DNA from: a virus
Lineage: Duplodnaviria > Caudoviricetes
Length of the DNA: 52,875 nt
Reading direction: 5' to 3' (one strand)
Virus record (IMG/VR): IMGVR_UViG_3300025093_000027
Span: 1-52,875 of that record
Numbering within the stretch: the first letter of the stretch is position 1; every line of letters begins with the position of its first letter. The notes beneath the pieces are model-generated. The model had not been told where the DNA came from and ran no database searches. It saw only the letters and a program-made list of their open reading frames with translations. The translations under genes were made by a program, and so were the position numbers. Positions 46,617 through 52,875 of this stretch are shown in pieces.

Positions 46617-47684
46617 TTAAACACTCCTGTCATGATGCGTTCTATTTACTCTTACAAACATAGCAGTTTTAGGTAAATCTTTTAGTGTTGTAGCACCAGT
46701 ATAAGTGCAACCACTTCTAATGCCACCATCAATGTCTCTAAGAACATCAGCAACTGCACCCTTATAAGGTACTTTCATGACTCTTCCTTCACTACTTCTG
46801 TAATCCTTCAATCCAGTCCCATGCTTCTCTTGTGCTTTTTTAGATGACATACCATAGAAGACAAGGTTTTTCTTTTCCTTTGTTTCTTGACTGTATTCCC
46901 ACTCGCCATCACATTCATCTGTTCCAGCAAGCATACCACCAAGCATCATAAAGTCAGCACCAGCGGCGAAACCTTTTACTATGTCAGCAGGTAATCGACA
47001 TCCACCATCACCACATACAAGACCATGCCTCTTGTCTTCTGACTTCAATCCATGTGCAGCATGAACACATTCATCAATAGCAGAAAGCTGTGGATAACCA
47101 ACACCAGTTTTAAGTCGAGTTGTACAGGCAGAACCGGGACCAATTCCAACCTTTACAATGTCAACTCCACCATGAAGAATAAGTTCTTGAACCATTTCTG
47201 GAGTAGCAACATTACCTGCCATAATAATAGACTTTCTAAAGTCCTTCCTGACCATTCTACAGAAGTCTACAAATCCTTCGCTATAACCATTTGCTACATC
47301 AATACAAATGTTTGGTTGAAGACCACTGTCAGTATGAAACTGTTTTAGTTTGATAAACTCAGTAGGCTTCATGCCCATAGAATACCAAATGTATTGTAGA
47401 GCAGCGAGATTATGTTGATCATAAAATCCAACAAGATCTCTAACATCATAATGTTTATGCAGACAACAGATGTGTCCGATTCTCGCCATTGCTTCTGCCA
47501 TAGCGAAAGTTCCAGTAGTATCCATGTTCGCCGCCATGATAGGAACACCATTCCATTCACGATGAGAATGATAGAATAGATACTTCTTTTGAATATCTAC
47601 TTGTTTTCTACTCGCCGTTCTTGATCTTTGAGGCACAAGTAGAACATCATCAAAGTCAAGCTTCGTCTCGTTTTGTATTTTCAT
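46617..47684 (-). CDS. guaC: GMP reductase
   Basis: LDFDDVLLVP, PIMAANMDT, CIDVANGYS, KVGIGPGSACTTR, GYPQLSA, FYGMSS and YRSSEG. No CBS domains. Confidence 0.95.
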   Translation of the reverse strand: MKIQNETKLDFDDVLLVPQRSRTASRKQVDIQKKYLFYHSHREWNGVPIMAANMDTTGTFAMAEAMARIGHICCLHKHYDVRDLVGFYDQHNLAALQYIWYSMGMKPTEFIKLKQFHTDSGLQPNICIDVANGYSEGFVDFCRMVRKDFRKSIIMAGNVATPEMVQELILHGGVDIVKVGIGPGSACTTRLKTGVGYPQLSAIDECVHAAHGLKSEDKRHGLVCGDGGCRLPADIVKGFAAGADFMMLGGMLAGTDECDGEWEYSQETKEKKNLVFYGMSSKKAQEKHGTGLKDYRSSEGRVMKVPYKGAVADVLRDIDGGIRSGCTYTGATTLKDLPKTAMFVRVNRTHHDRSV

Positions 47685-47847
47685 TTTTTACAAACTTATA
47701 ATTTCTGAGTAAGTGAGGAGGGATTAGCCAAGTTATTTTTCCCTCTGCCCTGCTAAACAAATGTTCTCCCTCATCGGTTCCATGATATGTCCACAAAAAA
47801 TAATCGGGAGGGTAAATTCTATACTGTTCTCCAAGTTCAAAAATCAT
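47656..47847 (-). CDS. Hypothetical protein
   Basis: Fills the gap between the MazG-like gene and guaC, with an ATGA overlap. Confidence 0.6.
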   Translation of the reverse strand: MIFELGEQYRIYPPDYFLWTYHGTDEGEHLFSRAEGKITWLIPPHLLRNYKFVKNENTKRDEA

Positions 47848-48260
47848 AGATCTTCTTCTTTCACAAAAATACCATCAACCATTTTACCCTTACGGTCTTT
47901 GATGTCATCCCATGCCCTTGCTAGACATTCAGACAAGGTAATTCCATTGCGAGTAGTTATGTTGAGCATTACCACTAGCATGTCACCAATGTCATCCTTA
48001 ATATCTTTACCCTTACAAACGCTATCAGATAACTCGCCAAGTTCTTGCAGTAGTTTCAAAGTCTGATCTTTATCAGTACTTCCATCAATAAGATTCCTAT
48101 CATGATGCCACTGAACAACATTATCAATAAATAAAGACAATGTGGGTTCTGGCTTCTCTTCTTCGTTTATGTAAATAATATCATCCTCAACAAAAGCTCG
48201 TAATACAGTATCTTTTTCCAACATTTGCATTCTCGCATTATGATCATCTAATCCACTCAT
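47844..48260 (-). CDS. MazG-like nucleotide pyrophosphohydrolase
   Basis: WHHDRNL, KLLQELGEL, DDIGDMLV and IKDRKG. Confidence 0.9.
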   Translation of the reverse strand: MSGLDDHNARMQMLEKDTVLRAFVEDDIIYINEEEKPEPTLSLFIDNVVQWHHDRNLIDGSTDKDQTLKLLQELGELSDSVCKGKDIKDDIGDMLVVMLNITTRNGITLSECLARAWDDIKDRKGKMVDGIFVKEEDL

Positions 48261-48781
48261 TTATTAATCTCCCTTATACACTCGTTCAGAAAAGAAATGT
48301 CTAAATGTGACTTATCAACAAACACAAGCTCTGGACCACCAAAATCCAAAGCCTCTCTTATTGTATCAAACGCTTCACAGTTGTCAATCATTTTTGGTTT
48401 AGAAACATTAGTATAAACTATTTCATCAATACCGCACTGATGCATCATCTGATAACAAGAGGCACAAGGTCTACCAGTAACGTAGACCCTCATGCCTTGT
48501 GTAGATTTACCTTGACGAACAGCATTATAAATAGCATTCGCTTCAGCATGAATCATAAATGGATACTTATCAGGTCTAGTATTGGGAAGTTTACCATCAT
48601 CAATACCTCTAACAAATCCATTATACCCATGAGAAATAGGAGTGTTATCCATAGGGTTTACGATAACACACCCACACTGAGTTTCAGGATCGTGACTTCT
48701 TCTAGACCAATAAACTGCATCTACAAGATAAGTATTATCCCAACGTCTCGCTCTCAAAGGTCTTACCTCTTGCCAACTCAT
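48257..48781 (-). CDS. dCMP deaminase (ComEB-like; start revised to 48781)
   Basis: RSHDPETQCGC, GYNG, HAEANAI and PCASC. Confidence 0.93.
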   Translation of the reverse strand: MSWQEVRPLRARRWDNTYLVDAVYWSRRSHDPETQCGCVIVNPMDNTPISHGYNGFVRGIDDGKLPNTRPDKYPFMIHAEANAIYNAVRQGKSTQGMRVYVTGRPCASCYQMMHQCGIDEIVYTNVSKPKMIDNCEAFDTIREALDFGGPELVFVDKSHLDISFLNECIREINK

Positions 48782-49851
48782 ACAACACCCAATAGTTTTT
48801 CTGCCGAATGTGCCCAAGTAAACTTTTTACCAGTTTCAATACCTGCTGGATTTACAACTTTTCCATTGGCTTTCCACATCTCATAAACATTTCTCATATG
48901 TTTTGCAAGTTGTTTAACTTGGTCTTGACCTAAACTTGCCCATTCGCCAACCTTACCATCAAACCAAACACCATCAAATGCTGCCTCTGTATTTTCAACA
49001 TTAACTAAGGCACAGTTTTCAGAATTACAAAATTGTGTATGACCAGAATAATTTGTAGCAATAACTGGCTTACCCATACTCATCATTTCAAGTAGTTCTA
49101 AATTCCAACCTTCACCTCTCGCCGGAAATACACCACAATCAACCTGCCCCATAATCTGTGCTACCTCTTCAGAAGTATTTACTCTTGGGATCAGTTTAAC
49201 CCTAATGTCAGACGCATACATGTTCTTGAACTGTTCAGATTGCTGCTGTGCTTGAGGAAAAGGATTTTCGCACATCATAAAAAGTTTTACATCTCGGATG
49301 TCATCTGGGAAAGCCATTTTAAATGCTCTAAGCAAAACATCATGACCTTTGCGAACTTCCCATTTTCCGCAATTAAAAAATACAAACTGATTATCAGAAA
49401 CATTATTTTTATCTTCACTGAAAATAGCTCTGTCTACCCCAAGTGGAACTGTATGAACTTCATTCTCTGGTCTTCCAGTTTGCTCTAAAACCACATCTCT
49501 TGCCCAGTTGCTACACACAAGAATTTCATCGCAGCATTCTAGATTCTTCAATCTACGCACATCAAACTTATTGAGTTCAAAAATTGGGAATCCATAATAC
49601 TTTCCTCTACCAATTCTTTCAGCAAGACTATGCTCATGCCAAATCTTGACACATGGAGCAGTAGGATCAAAATCACTTTGCTTATTATGAAGTTTACCTA
49701 CAAGATCTGCATCTTCCTGCGTAGTTGGTTGTGGTTGACCAATAGGAAACAATGCTACATCAGCAATCTTATCTAGTTCCTTTAAGATATTCAATCCGGC
49801 AACACCGTAACCTAAAGGATTCACTGCTGCCATAACATTAATCTTTTTCAT
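48778..49851 (-). CDS. GT-B (GT4-like) glycosyltransferase (start revised to 49851)
   Basis: LGYG, VPLGVD, GKWEVRKG and EGWNLELLEMMSMGKPVIAT. Confidence 0.9.
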   Translation of the reverse strand: MKKINVMAAVNPLGYGVAGLNILKELDKIADVALFPIGQPQPTTQEDADLVGKLHNKQSDFDPTAPCVKIWHEHSLAERIGRGKYYGFPIFELNKFDVRRLKNLECCDEILVCSNWARDVVLEQTGRPENEVHTVPLGVDRAIFSEDKNNVSDNQFVFFNCGKWEVRKGHDVLLRAFKMAFPDDIRDVKLFMMCENPFPQAQQQSEQFKNMYASDIRVKLIPRVNTSEEVAQIMGQVDCGVFPARGEGWNLELLEMMSMGKPVIATNYSGHTQFCNSENCALVNVENTEAAFDGVWFDGKVGEWASLGQDQVKQLAKHMRNVYEMWKANGKVVNPAGIETGKKFTWAHSAEKLLGVV

Positions 49852-50299
49852 ACCATCCATCCTCTCTCTTTTCATAAAGTTCACACATCGACATGTGTAT
49901 TTCGTAACAAGGTTTATTATAATAAGTCTTACCTTCACTTTCCTGATTGCGGAAGATAAGATTATCCTTTTGTACTAAATCTTCTCTCTTACAAATAAAT
50001 GCTTGGTCACATTTCTTATTTAGAAAAACGAAGTAATCAACTTCAGTGTTTATGTCATAGTTAATATAGTCATCATGAGCAGAAGTAATGATGGTGCTAT
50101 ATCTAATTTTACCACCTCTTTTCCAAAGTTCGTCTTTTATTTCTGCTCTTACAGCAAATTCATTATCTTCAAAGTCTTTTAGGAAAAGAAACTCATCTAG
50201 AAAAATAGATTTTTGGTCTTCGTCAGTTGTCCAACCAAATTGATTTTGAAACAAATCTAGGGTATTTAGGACAACCTTTTTATTTATAACTTTATCCAT
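49838..50299 (-). CDS. Hypothetical protein
   Basis: Coupled ORF with no confident motif. Confidence 0.65.
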   Translation of the reverse strand: MDKVINKKVVLNTLDLFQNQFGWTTDEDQKSIFLDEFLFLKDFEDNEFAVRAEIKDELWKRGGKIRYSTIITSAHDDYINYDINTEVDYFVFLNKKCDQAFICKREDLVQKDNLIFRNQESEGKTYYNKPCYEIHMSMCELYEKREDGWYEKD

Positions 50300-50309
50300 A
50301 ATAATACCT

Positions 50310-50346
50310 AAAAAAACCCACCAGCGAACGGCATCACTGATGGGTT
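50310..50346 (-). terminator. Intrinsic terminator after ssb
   Basis: ACCCAUCAGUGA-UGCCGU-UCGCUGGUGGGU plus U-run. Confidence 0.85.
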
Positions 50347-50365
50347 TCTATAAAAAAGAAATCAA

Positions 50366-50761
50366 CTAAAATGGAGTGGAACCTACAGGTTCATCGAAGT
50401 TCACTTCTGGTTCCTTTGCAGGAGTAGTATTTACAACCTTTGGAGGAAGGTCAATCTTGTCTGCACGAAGAGAAAGCTTTGATCGTTTCTGACCATCAGT
50501 TTCCCAACTCTCACGACGAAGGCGACCAGTCACCATAACATAATCTCCCTTCTTTAGATTGTTACCAAAATACTCTGCCTGCTTACCCCATAGATCAACG
50601 TCTACAAAAACAGTCTCTTCCTTCTTTTCACCATTACGATCATTCCAGATTCGATTAGATGCGACAGAAAGTTCTGCAACACTAGATCCAGAAGAAAGAG
50701 TCTTCAAAGAAGCATCCCTAGTCAAGCGACCACTAATAATAACTTGATTCAAATCACTCAT
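50366..50761 (-). CDS. ssb: Single-stranded DNA-binding protein
   Basis: LNQVIISGRLTRD, WGKQAE, LKKG..V.VTGRL..ESWE and C-terminal PF. Confidence 0.97.
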   Translation of the reverse strand: MSDLNQVIISGRLTRDASLKTLSSGSSVAELSVASNRIWNDRNGEKKEETVFVDVDLWGKQAEYFGNNLKKGDYVMVTGRLRRESWETDGQKRSKLSLRADKIDLPPKVVNTTPAKEPEVNFDEPVGSTPF

Positions 50762-50773
50762 ACAAAAAATCTC

Positions 50774-51004
50774 CTAAACAACATCATAACCACGATAACG
50801 TAAAGCCTTACGAGCAAGGCGACGAGCGTACTGTGCTCCATTGGAGCGAAGCAAATTGCGGAACTGACCAGCAGCATCAGTAAATGACAGTGCTTCAGTA
50901 GTTGCATTTGCAGAAACGTCGTTAAAGGCGAAATCTGCTACTGCCTGCAAAGTGGTATCGCTACCCAACAAAACATTCCAATCTGTAGTTTCACTAGTTC
51001 TCAT
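50774..51004 (-). CDS. Small hypothetical protein, probably early and highly expressed
   Basis: GAGGA RBS. First gene after a consensus promoter. CGT/CGC-rich Arg codons. Confidence 0.75.
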   Translation of the reverse strand: MRTSETTDWNVLLGSDTTLQAVADFAFNDVSANATTEALSFTDAAGQFRNLLRSNGAQYARRLARKALRYRGYDVV

Positions 51005-51052
51005 GAAACAGTCCTCTATAAAAAGTGAAGAAACACTAAAAACGCATGTTTA

Positions 51053-51080
51053 ATTATACGTCAAATTCACTAACTGTCAA
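51053..51080 (-). promoter_or_regulatory. Consensus sigma70 promoter TTGACA-16-TATAAT
   Basis: TTGACA at 51080-51075 and TATAAT at 51058-51053. Confidence 0.85.
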
Positions 51081-51261
51081 CTATAATCTTGATCTTTTTG
51101 AGATTAATTTCTATGACTGTAGAGTTTCCGACTTCGCTAACTTCAACTTTATCTACAATCGACTTTACTTTGTCAATATCTTTAGGCGTAATATTATACT
51201 TCGCCAAAATATTATTGACTACATTTTCTACAATACTACCACCAAACTTTTTCTTACTCAT
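51070..51261 (-). CDS. Small hypothetical protein (start revised to 51261)
   Basis: MSKKKF start overlaps the upstream stop. Confidence 0.65.
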   Translation of the reverse strand: MSKKKFGGSIVENVVNNILAKYNITPKDIDKVKSIVDKVEVSEVGNSTVIEINLKKIKIIVDS

Positions 51262-51775
51262 GCCAGAGTTCCCATGAAATAGCTGCAAGTATTTTAGCAA
51301 GATCATCTCGATTGTCAACATCTAGTTCGACATTTTCTAAACCAATCTGATCTGAGATAGCTTGATCAATAGCTTGACCAAGGCCCGGATACTTACCTTT
51401 CAGAGATAATCCAGCATAGTTAATCTGTCCAGCAGTAGAATTATACTCTCTAAACTGACCTGTTGTTTGTATAAATCCCGGTTCATTTCTAACAACATGT
51501 GATAACTGTGCATAGAACTGTGCTAATCTGATTCTGTCATCATCAGCTTCGCGAATAGTTTCCGCAGTATCACCAATAACAAAATCACGAATACCAGCAA
51601 CTTCTTCTTTCAAGGCATCAGATGGTTCATCAACCTTTTCAAAAATCACATTTACTGTAGAAGAACCGAAAGTATCATCAGGTAAGTTTTTTAGAACCTC
51701 TTCTTTGATTTTAGGCCAAAATAAACCAAGAGCTACAATAAGTAACCCAATACTTAGTTTAGTAGAATCTTTCAT
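51254..51775 (-). CDS. Membrane-anchored hypothetical protein
   Basis: N-terminal TM LSIGLLIVALGLFW. GAGG RBS. Confidence 0.75.
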   Translation of the reverse strand: MKDSTKLSIGLLIVALGLFWPKIKEEVLKNLPDDTFGSSTVNVIFEKVDEPSDALKEEVAGIRDFVIGDTAETIREADDDRIRLAQFYAQLSHVVRNEPGFIQTTGQFREYNSTAGQINYAGLSLKGKYPGLGQAIDQAISDQIGLENVELDVDNRDDLAKILAAISWELWHE

Positions 51776-51778
51776 GAT

Positions 51779-52159
51779 TTAACCTCTTGGGTAATTATAA
51801 TGAACTCCTGTAATAGCAATAGGCTCTCCTCCTGTAGGAGTTCCATCAGATAAAACTCCAGAATGTTTTTCTGGCTGATTCAACAAAGGAAATACATCTG
51901 TATCAAGCACTTTACATACCTCATGCAATCCCTGTTCATGAGCACATGCTTTTAGATCATGCCATTTTTGCACTAAACACATAAAGTCATGACCATTATC
52001 TACAGGCTCAACCGGAAGTGGTTCAACAGTTGGCGGCACAACTGGAGGAGGAACTACAGGATCAGGTTTCTTTTCATCAGACTTCAAGAATACAGAAGCG
52101 ACAATAACAATTCCTAATCCAATCAAGATTACCTGAACAATATCTAGATTTTCAAACAT
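51779..52159 (-). CDS. Membrane-anchored protein with Pro-rich linker (start revised to 52159)
   Basis: TM IVQVILIGLGIVIVASVFL, then PVVPPPVVPP. GGAG RBS. Confidence 0.75.
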   Translation of the reverse strand: MFENLDIVQVILIGLGIVIVASVFLKSDEKKPDPVVPPPVVPPTVEPLPVEPVDNGHDFMCLVQKWHDLKACAHEQGLHEVCKVLDTDVFPLLNQPEKHSGVLSDGTPTGGEPIAITGVHYNYPRG

Positions 52160-52163
52160 TATA

Positions 52164-52337
52164 CTACTCCGTCTTTCGTAGTGAGTCACCAACGATCCAA
52201 GAAGCTGCTAAAAGAACAACATACTGAACAGTCTCTGGATCAACTTCAACTCCAAGGCTATTTGCACATGCTACAGCAACACCAGCAACTGCAACCCAAA
52301 CACGACGACTTTTCCAAATACTTTGCAATTTATCCAT
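52164..52337 (-). CDS. 57-aa two-TM holin-like protein (not in the ORF track)
   Basis: MDKLQSIWKSRRVWVAVAGVAVACANSLGVEVDPETVQYVVLLAASWIVGDSLRKTE. GGGAG RBS. Fills the 52192-52351 gap. Confidence 0.75.
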   Translation of the reverse strand: MDKLQSIWKSRRVWVAVAGVAVACANSLGVEVDPETVQYVVLLAASWIVGDSLRKTE

Positions 52338-52350
52338 AACTTTTCTCCCA

Positions 52351-52698
52351 TTATCTAATTGAGGAAACTAAATCTTTAAATTCGCTTTCTCCATAGTCAC
52401 GAACTACATTACCAATAGAAGAGATAACAGCATCTCTTTCATCATCAGTATATTCTTGTAATTCTTTTCTAGCCTCTCTTCTCATTAATATCCTCATCAT
52501 CAAACCACGTTTTCTCATGAATTTATGAATGCTTGTAGGAGACCTAGAAAAGTAAATAACATTTATCGCTTTGATAAGATTAATAATAATGTTAGCGATT
52601 GCAACAATCAATAATGGATCAAATCCATACTTATCATTATCAATGTCATCAAATACTTTATTAGTAAAATCTATAACTTGTTTAGATGGCTCGCTCAT
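52351..52698 (-). CDS. Hypothetical protein
   Basis: AGGAG RBS. Hydrophobic GFDPLLIVAIANIII segment. Confidence 0.7.
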   Translation of the reverse strand: MSEPSKQVIDFTNKVFDDIDNDKYGFDPLLIVAIANIIINLIKAINVIYFSRSPTSIHKFMRKRGLMMRILMRREARKELQEYTDDERDAVISSIGNVVRDYGESEFKDLVSSIR

Positions 52699-52699
52699 T

Positions 52700-52873
52700 T
52701 TATCTCCTAAAAATTCTTTTTAACAATCCCGGTCTGGACGAACTTGATTTAGACTTTGTTTTGCATGAACCGTCTGGGCAATCATCATCTGGTTGCGGTG
52801 GTTCTGGTTCTGCTGGTTTATTTACACAGCCACACTCACCATTATCACATGGACATTGAGTTTTATGACCATC
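52700..52873 (-). CDS. C-terminal fragment of a Cys/Pro-rich protein (truncated by the window edge)
   Basis: ...DGHKTQCPCDNGECGCVNKPAEPEPPQPDDDCPDGSCKTKSKSSSSRPGLLKRIFRR*. Confidence 0.7.
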   Translation of the reverse strand, partial: DGHKTQCPCDNGECGCVNKPAEPEPPQPDDDCPDGSCKTKSKSSSSRPGLLKRIFRR

Positions 52874-52875
52874 AC

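Noticed and set aside
46617-48260. 2-aminoadenine (Z) or 7-deazaguanine DNA pathway
   Set aside because: MazG and GuaC are present, but no PurZ, DatZ, FolE, QueC/D/E or DpdA motifs occur in the window.
109-51282. Numerous short alternative-frame or antisense ORFs in the track (e.g. 1127-1363, 14844-15107, 25702-26145, 39487-39966, 48440-48886)
   Set aside because: They lie inside well-supported genes and lack RBS and motifs. Only the last 22 codons of 14844-15107 appear real, as the N-terminus of the UGA-containing gene.
1-52875. Genome-wide stop-codon reassignment (code 4, 15 or 25)
   Set aside because: TGA ends many genes in ATGA overlaps (e.g. 16032, 23205, 25774, 31804, 36490), TAG ends ssb at its natural PF terminus, and genes tile fully under code 11.

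Overview
AT-rich segment of a large tailed-phage genome using genetic code 11. The host is probably a planctomycete (inference from a Tat-exported DUF1501 gene and planctomycete-style small membrane and Cys-rich proteins). Positions 1-13417 (+) carry tail genes: a 5'-truncated tape-measure protein, a 464-aa tail protein and a 1652-aa tail/adsorption protein with a Cys-rich distal third. Positions 13414-52875 (-) are almost gap-free, translationally coupled genes. They include small Cys-rich genes, a Rad52-like annealase, a glycosyl/nucleotidyl-transferase cassette and a sigma factor. The replication block has an intein-less split DnaE with a DEDDh exonuclease between the halves, a Cas4-like nuclease, dNMP kinase, DnaG, DnaB and RecA. 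Further on are NrdAB, ClpP, a Lys-less DeoC homologue, DUF1501, ThyX, GuaC, MazG, dCMP deaminase, SSB and small membrane proteins. Top signals: (1) an ORF missed by the track (14631-14912, -) that exactly fills the only hole in the operon and has one in-frame UGA followed by a bacterial SECIS-like hairpin, a candidate phage selenoprotein or readthrough gene in a Cys-rich gene cluster; (2) a ~200-nt pseudoknot-capable RNA with a terminator directly upstream of nrdA; (3) the split DnaE; (4) apparently complete CCWGG avoidance. All calls are from motif reading by eye; no database searches were run.
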